Shown piece by piece: positions 21,015 to 31,227 of a stretch of DNA of 45,219 nt. How positions within the stretch are numbered: the stretch's first letter is position 1; each line of letters begins with the position of its first letter. The stretch is from the IMG/VR virus record IMGVR_UViG_2740892444_000003, positions 1 to 45,219 of that record. One strand, written 5' to 3'. The translations under genes and the position numbers were made by a program. The notes below the pieces were generated by a model. The model made no database searches, was not told where the DNA came from, and was given only the letters and a program-made list of their open reading frames with translations. The DNA comes from a virus (lineage: Duplodnaviria; Heunggongvirae; Uroviricota; Caudoviricetes).

Positions 21015-22235
21015 TTATCCTTTGCGGTTAGACCAGAATTCGGCGTTTTGTTTGTTCAGGGAAGCGATGCTGGTCATGCCCATGTTTGGGCGCTGTGCAT
21101 CGCCGGTGGTGGCGCGGGTGTTTCGCCCTTTGGCAATCTCAGACACGGCATTAAACGCCATGTTGACCGATTGTTTCGGTAATTTGCGGATATCCGCATC
21201 ACCGACTATCTGGCGAACCAGCGTTTTATCTGCGGAAGCCAGAACCTCGCGTTTGAACGCGGTCGGTTTCATCTTACGGCTCAGATCGATACCCGGAACG
21301 ATAACTTCGGCACGCCAGGCTGAGTCACCAGTAATCGTGGTTTCCTCTTCATCGTCCTCGCCGTCACCGGTCGGATTATCGTCAGGCTTATTGTCGTTAT
21401 CGCCCGTCGCATTTCCTTCCAGCTTAGCCAGCAGGGCTTTCAGTAATGTTTTGAGGTCATCATCACTGTCGCCGGTTGGACCTCCACCCATCTCTGGTGC
21501 TTTGTCCGGTAGTGGTTGCTGCGGGGACAGGTTGATGTTGAGATTAACGCCCTGCGGCAAATCCCCCTCATCTCCTGTAACCGATGCGGGAGCCGACTCC
21601 ACCAGTTCGTTCATGGTGTCGGCATCTCCTGTCTTGATGGCTGCACGCATGCGGTTCCACCAGTTTTTCTTTTGATTTGCCATTGTGTCTCTGTCTCCAA
21701 TTGCACAACGATTTCCGGCTCTGCCTTTGGGGACAAGAGCCACATGGTTTCCGGTAATATCGACCTGCTCGGCTTTACCTGGCTCGGTCTGCTCGTACTC
21801 CGCGTCATAACCGCACGACACTTCACGCAGGCCATCTTCGATAAGCTGAATGGCGTTTTCGTCTTTGACGATAAGGTCAGCCAGCATCAAATCAGACTGC
21901 TCACCCGTCCCGCGCCGGACATTCTGGAGGTGCCCGACAGCAAGCTCTTTCCAGTTCTCGGGATTTACCAGCCGCACATTCCCGTTTTCATCTTCAGGAT
22001 GCAGGATCGTGATGCTCATCCCTTCGAATGATGCGAGCGTGGCCGGATGGAATACCTGCTCAGGAGAACGCGTTACGACTATCTCACCGAGCTTGTCGGG
22101 TTTGAGGTTTGGCAGATCGGCAGCGCCGTAGAGCTGCTTACCCGTTCGACCTATCGGCACGTCTTTGCACAGCAGCGAGCCGTCAGCCAGCTGATAGCGG
22201 GTTTCCCCCAGCCGGGTATTGAAAAAATATTTCAT
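21015..22235 (-). CDS. Prohead protease / scaffolding protein
   Basis: 406-aa ORF with an acidic low-complexity central region (DNDNKPDDNPTGDGEDDEEE) typical of scaffolds; follows the head morphogenesis gene. Confidence 0.55.
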   Translation of the reverse strand: MKYFFNTRLGETRYQLADGSLLCKDVPIGRTGKQLYGAADLPNLKPDKLGEIVVTRSPEQVFHPATLASFEGMSITILHPEDENGNVRLVNPENWKELAVGHLQNVRRGTGEQSDLMLADLIVKDENAIQLIEDGLREVSCGYDAEYEQTEPGKAEQVDITGNHVALVPKGRAGNRCAIGDRDTMANQKKNWWNRMRAAIKTGDADTMNELVESAPASVTGDEGDLPQGVNLNINLSPQQPLPDKAPEMGGGPTGDSDDDLKTLLKALLAKLEGNATGDNDNKPDDNPTGDGEDDEEETTITGDSAWRAEVIVPGIDLSRKMKPTAFKREVLASADKTLVRQIVGDADIRKLPKQSVNMAFNAVSEIAKGRNTRATTGDAQRPNMGMTSIASLNKQNAEFWSNRKG

Positions 22236-22249
22236 GGTTTACCTGCGAT

Positions 22250-22858
22250 TCAGGCGAGATAAGAATGAGGGTTGGGGAAGACGATTTCTTTGTAACAGCG
22301 GCAGTTCGGGAGTTCGCCAGCGTGACCGGTCATGCCATCAAGCGTTGGAGGTTTGCCCCATTCGACAAACTTACCTTCCATCTCCCGATGAGAATGCCGG
22401 ACGTCGCCATCTTCGGCTGTACGCCAGATATAACCATTCGAGCCGATTGACAGCGCACGCGCCTGATCGAGCGCGCCGGTTGCGCGTCCAAGCTCGGTAC
22501 GGGCGATAAGGTTCGCTCGTGAGCGTGACACGTCACCGGACGCAGCTATCTCTTTCGCGAATGGCTCAGCGCGGCCACCAGACACAACGGCCTCGATGGC
22601 CTTGTTCTGAATGTCATACACCCGATCGGCGGCCTCAAGAGGCAGTGACTTGATGTACTTAATTTGCTCGGCGACGATGGATTTCATCACCTGGCCTACC
22701 GGGGCGCGGTCGACCATGTTGCGCAGCTCTGCGCTGATGTTCCGGCTGTGCTGACGCCACTGCTTTTCATTCTGGCGTGCAATGTCGGCGGTAAAGTTCT
22801 CAGCAACCTTCGTCGCCCAGGGGGTGATGATTTCGCTGTAGCGCTCCAGCGCATCCAT
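22250..22858 (-). CDS. Head morphogenesis protein (Mu F / SPP1 gp7-like)
   Basis: C-terminal H-x-C..C motif (HSHREMEGK...NCRCY) typical of this family; track ORF extends to 23023 overlapping the portal by ~150 nt, so the internal ATG at 22858 is preferred. Confidence 0.6.
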   Translation of the reverse strand: MDALERYSEIITPWATKVAENFTADIARQNEKQWRQHSRNISAELRNMVDRAPVGQVMKSIVAEQIKYIKSLPLEAADRVYDIQNKAIEAVVSGGRAEPFAKEIAASGDVSRSRANLIARTELGRATGALDQARALSIGSNGYIWRTAEDGDVRHSHREMEGKFVEWGKPPTLDGMTGHAGELPNCRCYKEIVFPNPHSYLA

Positions 22859-22874
22859 TATTTCGGTGACACTG

Positions 22875-24341
22875 TCATTTGAACCATCGTAGCGACCATT
22901 TACGATATCCCCGACCGCCCGCGCTATCTGCCGTAGGCTCGTTCGATATCGGATCTCCGCCTGGCGACTCTGGCGGTTTGTCGCCAAGTTCGCCGATGCC
23001 TGGCGGCGCTTCGTCTTCGGCATTCTCTATGTCCTCGTCGGTAATTGACGCCCCGATGCCGGTTACGTCAGAATTTTCGCGCAAATCGGTCATAGCGGCT
23101 TTCAGTGTCATCAGACCATCACCCAGCGCCGTACTGATTGCGTTGGTAGTGTTTAACGCCACCGTTGAGCGATCGACATCAGACATTTGCCAGAGCGGGT
23201 TAAACTCAAACGTGAAATCGTCCGGCAGCGGCTTACCGAGTTCCGAGCGGTGCATAATGTCCAGTATCCGGCGCATCGGCATCCGTAAGCGGCGCTCCTG
23301 CAATGAGCTCACCCGGTCGTAATAGTTGGCAAGATCTGCATCACCGGTAGAAAATCCTTTCGGGGACTGTCCGAACAACCGCACCAGTGGGATACCAACA
23401 GCGCCACTAATCTGTTCTGCAAACTGTGAAAGGATGTCATCCAGACCACTGAAGCTGTACTGATGGGTTTCGAACTTATCCCGCGAGTCCATGAGCGTCA
23501 TGCCTTCATTGCTCTGGAACTGTCGAATCAGGTCGATATTCTTCAGCAACGCTTCATACGCAGGACCACCAAGTGCGATAAGCTCACGTAGCTTCTCCAC
23601 GCTGTAGGTACGCAGATGCGCCTTGTAGACCAGCTGCGCCGCACCGACAGTAGCGCTGTCGAACGCGGTAAGACGATCCCAGATACGCTCTACAACCGAC
23701 ATTCCCCATTCGTTCTCGGTCATCTTCTGCTGGAATGGCAGCGTCACCCCGTCGAAGCGAATCAGGCGACTGTGATGGATGCGCCAGGCCGGAATGCCCG
23801 TTGCGGTGGTCACCACGTCGTAAAACTCAGGCTTGCCGAGGTCCGGCCCCATCTCTTTAATGCGGCGTGTCAGCACCGGGTTAATCATCCAGCGGTCGAG
23901 CGGGAGAATGCCCTTAAACTTGCCCTCGCCAATGGTTTCGAGTCGCAGCGGGGTCATTGGTGCCTGCCCCTCGATCATGATGAAGCCAACCGCACCGCCA
24001 TAGAGACGAGACCATTTCAGCACGTCATTCAGCGCATCCCAGATTTGCAACTCATCCAGTTGTGATTCGAGAATGCCGCGATCTTTTGCATCAATTTCCG
24101 AAGTGATGCGAATGCCTTTGCGGGTCATATCATCCGGGATAGCATCGACCGCTTCGCCGATAACCCAGGATGAACGATAGGACCATTCCACCAGCATGCG
24201 GTTACGACTGGTGAAATTAGCCCGGTAGGTGGATGCTGAGTGCTGGTTAGGTGTCTGCATTCCCACGCGGGCGACAAAGTTCTCATAGCCATCAGCGGTG
24301 GCCTGTGCCGTTCGCCGCGTGGCTTGTTTGTTTCGTGCCAT
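22875..24341 (-). CDS. Portal protein
   Basis: 488-aa ORF immediately downstream of the terminase large subunit gene with ATGA-type coupling. Confidence 0.65.
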   Translation of the reverse strand: MARNKQATRRTAQATADGYENFVARVGMQTPNQHSASTYRANFTSRNRMLVEWSYRSSWVIGEAVDAIPDDMTRKGIRITSEIDAKDRGILESQLDELQIWDALNDVLKWSRLYGGAVGFIMIEGQAPMTPLRLETIGEGKFKGILPLDRWMINPVLTRRIKEMGPDLGKPEFYDVVTTATGIPAWRIHHSRLIRFDGVTLPFQQKMTENEWGMSVVERIWDRLTAFDSATVGAAQLVYKAHLRTYSVEKLRELIALGGPAYEALLKNIDLIRQFQSNEGMTLMDSRDKFETHQYSFSGLDDILSQFAEQISGAVGIPLVRLFGQSPKGFSTGDADLANYYDRVSSLQERRLRMPMRRILDIMHRSELGKPLPDDFTFEFNPLWQMSDVDRSTVALNTTNAISTALGDGLMTLKAAMTDLRENSDVTGIGASITDEDIENAEDEAPPGIGELGDKPPESPGGDPISNEPTADSAGGRGYRKWSLRWFK

Positions 24342-25963
24342 CAGGCCTGTCTCCCTAGCAGCTCCCAGATATTCAGGGCTGAATTCATTGGCGCATAGTT
24401 GATCATCACCGAGTCGGCAAGGTTTGGCGACCGGGTTCCATCAGGCTGTTTATCAATAACGATTTTTCCCACACCATTAATGGAATAGGTCGGCTGCGAA
24501 AGCTCGATGATGAGTTTATCTTTGAGTGCCATGCTACTGCTGATTGAGATGATTTCGTCCGGGTTGTAAGCCATACCTTCAACCACGGCACGCCAGGTGT
24601 TCTGAAAAAGTTTACGTAACCGCCACCAGCTCTGGGCTTTGGCGTTAGCGAAGAAGTCCTTGTTCAGGCGTGCGGCCTGTCCGTTGTCCCCGCGCACCGC
24701 TTCATCGTCCGGATCAAATACCGCGCCGCTACCACGAAACGGTGTGGCGAGTATTGACGGTCGGCGCGCTGCGTAACGCAGTTCGTTGATGGCGCGCGCA
24801 TCGCCGCGAACGCCAGCACCCAGGCCGTCCTCGTCGAAGCGAAACTCTTCGAGGTTGTCCTGTTCGCAAAAGCCGAAGACCTTCTCAACAGACTGGTAAA
24901 TGTCGCTGCCAACGCCGGACCATTCACGCACGTTCTCCAGAAGGAAGCCGTGACGGGTCGAAAAGGCATTTTTGTCCCGGCCTTCGTCGGCGACGTCCAT
25001 CGCGCCCAGTCGCTTGCCCGTTGGCTGAATACCAAGTTTGATATGCGCGTCGACGGCAGCCTGTACCCAGTCGGACGGGATCAGGACGCCTTCCGCAGAT
25101 GCGCTGTAGTTCAGGTCAAGTTCCTGCGCCACCACCACCGGATTGTCGATTTTCTCGCACTCCCTGCGATACCACTCTTCATCCTTGCGCGGGTCATCTC
25201 GCCAGTGGAACGTGAATACTGGTATTTTTCCGCCGTGGCGCTTCTGAGCGAACGGGTTCGCCATGCCGTTAACTGAACTCAGGTCAATACGGCAACGCGT
25301 CGTTTGTGACAACGCCGCATCAATCAGCAGAGGACGCTGAAGGAATGCAGCCTCATCCACCAGATAAAGCGTGGTACGGTCACCACGTCCGATATTGTCG
25401 CCAGCCTCGCCTTTGATAACCGCGCCAGTATCTGGAAACTCAACGCGCATATACGGCGCATGCTTCTTCTCGTCCCACGAACCACGAAACTCGATGGGCA
25501 GTGTTTCCACGAACTTTCGCGCCTTCCAGAACAGCGCCTTCGGGTCACCGGTGCTGTCGACGTATTCCTCTTTACGGGAGCCGAAACCGATAACCATTTC
25601 TTTGTTGAAGAGACAAAGCGAGCAGGCCAGCCCGATCGCGGTCCAACTGAGCCCCATTTCACGGGATTTTTCGGTAATACCATTCTCCCGATTACCCCAG
25701 CGTTCCATAATCCAGTGGATCCACTCCTCCTGCTTAGGGAAGAGTAAAAACGGAATGGTCACCGGCAGGCCATAATCAATATTACGCGGGTCCGTTGTCA
25801 TGCCCCAGTCGATGATGAACTGAGCCGGATTGGTTCGGTAAAACTGTTTTAGTGCAGGCAATATTTCAGGATTCTGGCGAATGCGCTGTAGGCGTTCCAT
25901 CCGCCATTCAAAAACCATCTGGTAATCAGGATGTTTAAAATCGAAGGGGAATGGTAACGGCAT
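24341..25963 (-). CDS. Terminase large subunit
   Basis: 540-aa ORF following the small terminase gene; size and position. Confidence 0.75.
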   Translation of the reverse strand: MPLPFPFDFKHPDYQMVFEWRMERLQRIRQNPEILPALKQFYRTNPAQFIIDWGMTTDPRNIDYGLPVTIPFLLFPKQEEWIHWIMERWGNRENGITEKSREMGLSWTAIGLACSLCLFNKEMVIGFGSRKEEYVDSTGDPKALFWKARKFVETLPIEFRGSWDEKKHAPYMRVEFPDTGAVIKGEAGDNIGRGDRTTLYLVDEAAFLQRPLLIDAALSQTTRCRIDLSSVNGMANPFAQKRHGGKIPVFTFHWRDDPRKDEEWYRRECEKIDNPVVVAQELDLNYSASAEGVLIPSDWVQAAVDAHIKLGIQPTGKRLGAMDVADEGRDKNAFSTRHGFLLENVREWSGVGSDIYQSVEKVFGFCEQDNLEEFRFDEDGLGAGVRGDARAINELRYAARRPSILATPFRGSGAVFDPDDEAVRGDNGQAARLNKDFFANAKAQSWWRLRKLFQNTWRAVVEGMAYNPDEIISISSSMALKDKLIIELSQPTYSINGVGKIVIDKQPDGTRSPNLADSVMINYAPMNSALNIWELLGRQA

Positions 25964-25965
25964 AC

Positions 25966-26517
25966 TTAGCCCATCATTTTTTTATACGCTTCTGCAGCCT
26001 GCTCCGGCGTTAAGTTGGTAATTTCTGTTCTGACTGGTCCTCCGTCAGCACCAGTCACTTCATTTTTGACGTTGTCTTTAAACGCCTGAACAGAAACATG
26101 ACGCCCGAGCAACTCAAGGTTTTTAACCTTATCAGGCCATTTGATTTTCTTCAGGAGAGCAGCACTATCTGCTGATGCCATCTCGACGACATCCATTCCT
26201 GATAGCGTTGTACGCCACACCTTAGGCCAGTCTTTAATGGGCTTCAGTTCGCCATTGGCAAGCAGAATGTCAAGCACGTCCATCTGATCGATTTCAATAA
26301 GGCGATTAAGTACATATTCTGCATTAATACTAACAAGATCATTGCGTTGCGCTTTCAGTTCGGCGATTCTTAACTTGATGTCAGGTTTTGACAGGTTTTC
26401 GGATGCGGTACGGTTAGCTGTCTTTGCGCTGTACCCCGCCCGAATAGCCGCTTGCGTGGCGTTTAAATCGATGAGGTACTCGCGACAGAACATTTCTTGC
26501 TTGTCGGTGAGTGCCAT
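25966..26517 (-). CDS. Terminase small subunit
   Basis: 183-aa ORF beginning [15 protein letters not shown]...[12 protein letters not shown], an HTH-containing N-terminus typical of small terminase subunits. Confidence 0.7.
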   Translation of the reverse strand: MALTDKQEMFCREYLIDLNATQAAIRAGYSAKTANRTASENLSKPDIKLRIAELKAQRNDLVSINAEYVLNRLIEIDQMDVLDILLANGELKPIKDWPKVWRTTLSGMDVVEMASADSAALLKKIKWPDKVKNLELLGRHVSVQAFKDNVKNEVTGADGGPVRTEITNLTPEQAAEAYKKMMG

Positions 26518-26541
26518 AGTTTTCTCTAGAGGATTTCTTTA

Positions 26542-26778
26542 ATGAACTCAAAGCAAATTTTTTACCGAAATACAGGTCATGATAATGAAACTTATATATT
26601 CCTGGACAAATTGGACAATGGCTCCTACCAAGTCAGGGCTGGTCATTCGTCACCTGTGAGCCATTTTGAATGGAAGGGTGATGAAACCATTCAGACAGTG
26701 GAAGAGTTTCTAGGTTCTAACCCATCATATACTGAACGTGTTCATCAACTAATTTCTGAGTTTGAAGCAGAATCGTAA
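26542..26778 (+). CDS. Hypothetical small protein (78 aa) encoded opposite to the late operon
   Basis: ORF with GAGGA RBS 9 nt upstream of ATG; lower GC than flanks; no recognisable family. Confidence 0.35.
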   Translation: MNSKQIFYRNTGHDNETYIFLDKLDNGSYQVRAGHSSPVSHFEWKGDETIQTVEEFLGSNPSYTERVHQLISEFEAES

Positions 26779-27199
26779 TCACCACCCAAGCGACTCAACT
26801 GATATCTAGTTCATCATTACTAGGACTAAAAGTAGATTCCTGACATTGAGAACCTCTTTATCCGCTTGTGGGGATATCAGTTAAGTTATCCCGTGTAGGG
26901 TATAAGCCATTGTCGAGACCACTCATTGAATGGCCTCTGCAATAACCGATGTCTTTCCATCAGTCCGCCACCACAAAGAATCTTTTTTGCCATAAGGCAG
27001 GAGGTTCATCTTTCAGTGGCTGCCAGTGTTATTTCCCCACTTACTGGCTTGGGTTGTTTCGCTGTACTGCCGTTAACTGGTGGCGCACAGATTTAGTTAA
27101 ATCCGTTCTCGCATGATCCAGCTTTTACATACCTGGATTGTGAGGGATGTAAATCACGGTTTCATTATCAAGCCCACCAGTAGATGGGCTTTGTAATGG

Positions 27200-27457
27200 C
27201 TACTTCGCTTTTGCTTCCGCTCGCTTACGCCGGCGCTCTTCTTTCCTCTCGGCTTTTGCCATGTCCATGAATGCCTGCATGATCGAGTTACGCATCATGT
27301 AGCTAACAAAGTGATGATTGACACAGCCGTTGAGGCGCAGCTGCTCGCCAAACTCATCCACCGAGGCCAATGCTTCCATCATGCCCTTCTCGCCTTTCAT
27401 GAACTCTGAGAAGTCGCGCCCCGCTCTGGAGGCGCATTCAATAACACGATCACTCAT
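27200..27457 (-). CDS. Hypothetical protein (85 aa) with basic C-terminus
   Basis: ORF coupled to the upstream KilA-N gene (start overlaps its stop); C-terminal KEERRRKRAEAKAK. Confidence 0.45.
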   Translation of the reverse strand: MSDRVIECASRAGRDFSEFMKGEKGMMEALASVDEFGEQLRLNGCVNHHFVSYMMRNSIMQAFMDMAKAERKEERRRKRAEAKAK

Positions 27458-27951
27458 CCCGGAAGCCCGGGGATCGTAATCTGCAGCTGGTTAGCCAGGG
27501 AGTTAATCTCAGCGACCAACACTGGCTTCGTATAGCGCCATGCTGCCAGCCCTTGTCCGCAGAAGCTCGCCATGTCTTTCTTCTGGTCAAACTCATGACA
27601 TTTCATGTTGAGCTGCGCACTTAAGCTGTTGCGATGCTGAAGTTCTCCGGTGAAGTAGTCATCGAGGACTTTATAGGCCGCGTACTTGAACCCGGGGTTT
27701 AACCAAGCCGCATAATCGTAAGCAACAAACTTCCCGCCATATGTTCCACCGTGTACACCGCGCTCAGTAAAAACCACAGATTCGTGGTTTTTCTCCAGCT
27801 CGGCTAAGAACTCTTTGGTCTGCTTGTTTCGCAGGTAGTGGTACGGAGATTCAGATTCACTTTTACCACTGGCTTTCCACATATCAGTGAGGCAGATCAT
27901 TCCTGATTCATCAACACGGATCGGTGTATTAAAAAGCGTGATTGCTTTCAT
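27454..27951 (-). CDS. KilA-N domain protein
   Basis: 166-aa ORF (ATG at 27951; track ORF extends to 27987) with sequence pattern recognised as a KilA-N DNA-binding domain. Confidence 0.5.
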   Translation of the reverse strand: MKAITLFNTPIRVDESGMICLTDMWKASGKSESESPYHYLRNKQTKEFLAELEKNHESVVFTERGVHGGTYGGKFVAYDYAAWLNPGFKYAAYKVLDDYFTGELQHRNSLSAQLNMKCHEFDQKKDMASFCGQGLAAWRYTKPVLVAEINSLANQLQITIPGLPG

Positions 27952-28093
27952 AGCGTCTTTACCTTTTAGAAAGTGAGCCTGTCTCACAGAAAAGCCGCCC
28001 GAGAGAGGTCGCCACCTATAACGGCATTTCTCAGGCTCGCTTACTGAAAGGCTCTCGTTAATATGCGCGTGAGATGCGCGTTTACTGCGGACA

Positions 28094-28120
28094 TAAAAAA
28101 GCCCCGCTTTTCGCGAGGCT
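28094..28120 (-). terminator. Probable intrinsic terminator downstream of the lysis cassette
   Basis: On the minus strand, AGCCTCGCG-AAAA-GCGGGGCT hairpin (one mismatch) followed by TTTTTT. Confidence 0.5.
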
Positions 28121-28151
28121 CATTAAATTGACTTTGTGATTTGCAAAAAAA

Positions 28152-28589
28152 TTATTTCAGGCACTGAGTCCTGATGTACTCCTGCAGGTAGTTAACCTGC
28201 GCGGTTATCCTGTCGATTCCACTTCGGAGACGGTAATAATTGAGTTCAGCATCTGCTGTAAGTCTTGGGCTTTCTCCATCGCCCATGCTGCTGGCTCCGG
28301 CCGTTGACTTTGCACAGGTGGCGGCGACTTGCAGGCGCTTACGACCAGCAGAAACATCAGCACGGAGACTTTCGATAGTAGCGTTAGCATCAGCAAGCTC
28401 CTTTGTGTATCTGGCGTCAAGTTCTGCTACATCACGTTGACGCTTCTGCATATCAGCGATGATGGACGTGGCTTTATCGCGCTGTTCTTTATAGGCGATG
28501 GCGTTATCACGGTAATGATTAACAGCCCATGACAGGCAGACGATGATGCAAATAACCAGAGCGGAGATAATCGCGGTTACTCTGCTCAT
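28152..28589 (-). CDS. Rz: Rz i-spanin
   Basis: 145-aa ORF with N-terminal TM helix and coiled-coil body, overlapping the endolysin stop; lambda-like. Confidence 0.8.
   Translation of the reverse strand: MSRVTAIISALVICIIVCLSWAVNHYRDNAIAYKEQRDKATSIIADMQKRQRDVAELDARYTKELADANATIESLRADVSAGRKRLQVAATCAKSTAGASSMGDGESPRLTADAELNYYRLRSGIDRITAQVNYLQEYIRTQCLK
28205..28390 (-). CDS. Rz1: Rz1 o-spanin lipoprotein embedded in Rz (+1 frame)
   Basis: Embedded ORF with signal peptide and lipobox (LLVVSAC) followed by a proline-rich stretch ([13 protein letters not shown]); start at internal ATG chosen. Confidence 0.65.
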   Translation of the reverse strand: MLTLLSKVSVLMFLLVVSACKSPPPVQSQRPEPAAWAMEKAQDLQQMLNSIITVSEVESTG

Positions 28590-29062
28590 ACCTCAATCTC
28601 TCTGACCGTTCCGCCAGCCTCTTTGAATTTTGCAATCAGGCTGTCAGCCTTATGCTCGAACTGACCATAACCAGCGCCCGGAAGTGAAGCCCAGATATTG
28701 CTGCAACGGTCAATTGCCTGACGAATATCACCGCGATCAATCATTGGTAAAGCGCCACGCTCTTTAATCTGTTGCAGTGCCACAGCGTCCTGGCTTTTGG
28801 GGGAGAAGTCTTTCAGGCCAAGCTGCTTACGGTAGGCATCCCACCAACGTGAAAGAAGCTGATAGCGACCGGCGGCTGTTGATTTGAGTTTGGGGTTTAG
28901 CGTGACAAGTTTGCGAGGGTGATCTGAGTAATCAGTGAATAGCTCTCCGCCTACAATGACGTCATAACCATGATTTCTGGTTTTCTGACGTCCGTTATCA
29001 GTTCCCTCTGACCATGCCAGCATATCGAGGAACGCCTTACGTTGATTATTGATTCCCACCAT
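28586..29062 (-). CDS. R: Endolysin (lambda R-type lytic transglycosylase)
   Basis: 158-aa protein nearly identical over its length to lambda R as I recall it ([53 protein letters not shown]...). Confidence 0.9.
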   Translation of the reverse strand: MVGINNQRKAFLDMLAWSEGTDNGRQKTRNHGYDVIVGGELFTDYSDHPRKLVTLNPKLKSTAAGRYQLLSRWWDAYRKQLGLKDFSPKSQDAVALQQIKERGALPMIDRGDIRQAIDRCSNIWASLPGAGYGQFEHKADSLIAKFKEAGGTVREIEV

Positions 29063-29369
29063 CTTCTACTCCGGCTTTTTTAGCAGCGAAGCGTTTGATA
29101 AGCGAACCAATCGAGTCAGTACCGATGTAGCCGATGAACACGCTCGTTATATAAGCGAGATTGCTACTTAGTCCGGCGAAGCCGAGAAGGTCACGAATGA
29201 ACCAGGCGATAATGGCGCACATCGTTGCGTCGATTACTGTTTTTGTAAACGCACCACCATTATATCTGCCGCGAAGGTACGCCATTGCAAACGCAAGGAT
29301 TGCCCCGATGCCTTGTTCCTTTGCCGCGAGAATGGCGGCTAACAGGTCATTTTTTTCTGGCATCTTCAT
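29046..29369 (-). CDS. S: Holin (lambda S-type, dual-start MKM motif)
   Basis: 107-aa protein beginning MKMPEK with three TM segments; near-identical to lambda S as recalled. Confidence 0.9.
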   Translation of the reverse strand: MKMPEKNDLLAAILAAKEQGIGAILAFAMAYLRGRYNGGAFTKTVIDATMCAIIAWFIRDLLGFAGLSSNLAYITSVFIGYIGTDSIGSLIKRFAAKKAGVEDGGNQ

Positions 29370-29828
29370 GTCTTACCCCCAATAAGGGGATTTGCTCTAT
29401 TTAATTAGGAATATGGTCGGTTACTGATAGAACAAATCCAGGCTACTGTGTTTAGTAATCAGATTTGTTCGTGACCGATATGCACGGGCAAAACGGCAGG
29501 AGGTTGTTAGCGCAACCTCTTGCCACCCGCTTTCACGAAGGTCATGTGTAGAAGGCCGCAGCGTAACTATCACTGATGAATTCAGGATAGCCAGTGGCTA
29601 CGGCTCAGTTTGGGTTGTGGCGGCCGGAATCGAACCGGCTTCCATCGGTGCGCTGCCGATTGCAGTACGCGCGGCGGTCAGCTACATGACTAGTATTTCA
29701 CTGTCGCCTATCTGCTAGCTCGCCATTGAGCTTCACCACAACGATAAGAGCACTGCGCGGCACCTTTCACCAATTCCGCGAGGTCTGCGGGTTCAATGCT
29801 CTTACCTGTTGTGCAAACAAAAAAAGCC

Positions 29829-29860
29829 ACCGTTGCAACTTAAGAGTCACTAACGGCAGC
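29829..29860 (-). terminator. Possible terminator/hairpin just downstream of Q
   Basis: Minus-strand palindrome around GTTGCAACGGTGGC followed by TTTTTTTG about 45 nt after the Q stop. Confidence 0.3.
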
Positions 29861-29877
29861 TTACCTTCTAATTATGG

Positions 29878-30396
29878 CTAAATGGATAATTGCATGTCAA
29901 GGCTTTTAACAGCAACATGCTTAACTTTCTCAACACGTTTACGCATTTTGAAAGCATTTTGCATTGGCTGGTACAAAACAAATAACGACGCTTTCAGGAT
30001 GTCGTCAATTTCGTTTCTACAGGTTGCCAGTGAAGGTTTTCTCCATCCCTCGCCACCACGTCCACACATCTTGCGTGGCTTTGCAGTCGCGTGATAGTAG
30101 GATGCAATTGCTCGCTTAGATGAACCATGAGCGTAGTAGCTGAGGAGGATGCCAAAGGCTTTCTTGTCAATGTACATGACGGAATCGACGACCTGAGAAA
30201 TCAACATTCCATCATCATCATTGCACATTGGCCTTGTCATAACTCTTCCCGGCTCTACGCTCTCCATGAACTTCGCTATTACGCTGCTCATGCGCTTTTC
30301 CAGACGACCTGAATAAACCCATGCGCCCCACAGTTCAAGCCAGCAATTCAGCCAATCGTGCTGTTCTTTGGTGAGGTTTAGCTCTCTTATGCTCAT
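29878..30396 (-). CDS. Late-gene antiterminator Q (QuuD/phage 82 Q-like)
   Basis: 172-aa ORF upstream of the lysis cassette; sequence recognised as close to E. coli DLP12 QuuD. Confidence 0.75.
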   Translation of the reverse strand: MSIRELNLTKEQHDWLNCWLELWGAWVYSGRLEKRMSSVIAKFMESVEPGRVMTRPMCNDDDGMLISQVVDSVMYIDKKAFGILLSYYAHGSSKRAIASYYHATAKPRKMCGRGGEGWRKPSLATCRNEIDDILKASLFVLYQPMQNAFKMRKRVEKVKHVAVKSLDMQLSI

Positions 30397-30581
30397 CGTC
30401 TTCCCCTTTTGCCCTGTTTGACCATCAGGACGCCGTTAACTATTACGTGACGCTCGCCTTTTCTGTCTCGGTTGTACTTGAGCACTGTTCCTCTTGCGCA
30501 GGAAAGCATCCTCGCCACTTCGGTCTGATTGCCTCGCGTCTGGATAAGAAGCTCTGGTATCGTTTGAATTGTGGCATTCAT
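30393..30581 (-). CDS. ninH: NinH-like protein
   Basis: 62-aa ORF with motif GNQTEVARML.C.RGTV.KY resembling lambda NinH. Confidence 0.6.
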   Translation of the reverse strand: MNATIQTIPELLIQTRGNQTEVARMLSCARGTVLKYNRDRKGERHVIVNGVLMVKQGKRGRR

Positions 30582-30940
30582 ACGTTCTCCAGTTCGGTGA
30601 TTTTTATTCCAAGCCTTCCGCCTGGTACTTTCACGCCACGAATTACGCGAATGTCATCGAATTGCTCGTCGTCTTCCGCAAATCCGGCGTGGATAAGGGA
30701 GTCGAGTAAACCTTTCAGGATGTTGTCGAGGTCGCGGCGGCGGGAGTCTGGAACGTCTGCGATGACTTTGATGCGGAGTCGTGATTTGGTGAAAATGTCT
30801 AACTTAAGTTGGCGGATGATTTGCTGAACGTCTTTTCGGTATTTCTGGCCTTTATCGCTTATGTAATATTGGCTTCCCCGTCTTCGCCAGTAGGTGTTCA
30901 CCGACGGCGGGTATGGAAGCACAAACTGATATTCGTTCAT
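30578..30940 (-). CDS. rusA: Holliday-junction resolvase RusA
   Basis: 120-aa ORF with PDxRRRDLDN motif characteristic of RusA. Confidence 0.8.
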   Translation of the reverse strand: MNEYQFVLPYPPSVNTYWRRRGSQYYISDKGQKYRKDVQQIIRQLKLDIFTKSRLRIKVIADVPDSRRRDLDNILKGLLDSLIHAGFAEDDEQFDDIRVIRGVKVPGGRLGIKITELENV

Positions 30941-31227
30941 GACTTAATCTTCCCCTCCTTCAGCAGTATCGCCTGCGTCCTGATTACGCCTTCGAGGTGG
31001 TAAAGTCTGGCGTCTTTGTTGTCGAGATTATGGGTGCGTCGGTCGATCTCCGCGTGGCAGTCACTACAAGCCCATGCGCCGATCAGGTCGTCAGGCTTCA
31101 TTCCCGTTCCGCAAATTCCAGCCATCCGGTAATGTGCCAGAACTGTAGTTTCAGGGTTGCCATTGCATACGCCGTAAATACGTACCTGGCATTCTCTGCC
31201 GCGCGCTTCTTTGCGTAGGTTAGCCAT
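30937..31227 (-). CDS. DUF1364/YbcO-like Cys-rich putative nuclease
   Basis: 96-aa ORF with spaced Cys/His residues (C..C...CSDCH); located upstream of rusA as in DLP12. Confidence 0.5.
   Translation of the reverse strand: MANLRKEARGRECQVRIYGVCNGNPETTVLAHYRMAGICGTGMKPDDLIGAWACSDCHAEIDRRTHNLDNKDARLYHLEGVIRTQAILLKEGKIKS

Noticed and set aside
21001-22031. Plus-strand ORFs 21001..21675 (224 aa) and 21516..22031 (171 aa) opposite the scaffold/protease gene
   Set aside because: Antisense to a strongly supported minus-strand gene; Ser/Pro/Arg-rich translations typical of shadow ORFs.
22859-23023. N-terminal extension of the head morphogenesis ORF overlapping the portal gene by ~150 nt
   Set aside because: Long same-strand overlap is unlikely; an internal ATG at 22858 avoids it. 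Not verified, so the longer form remains possible.
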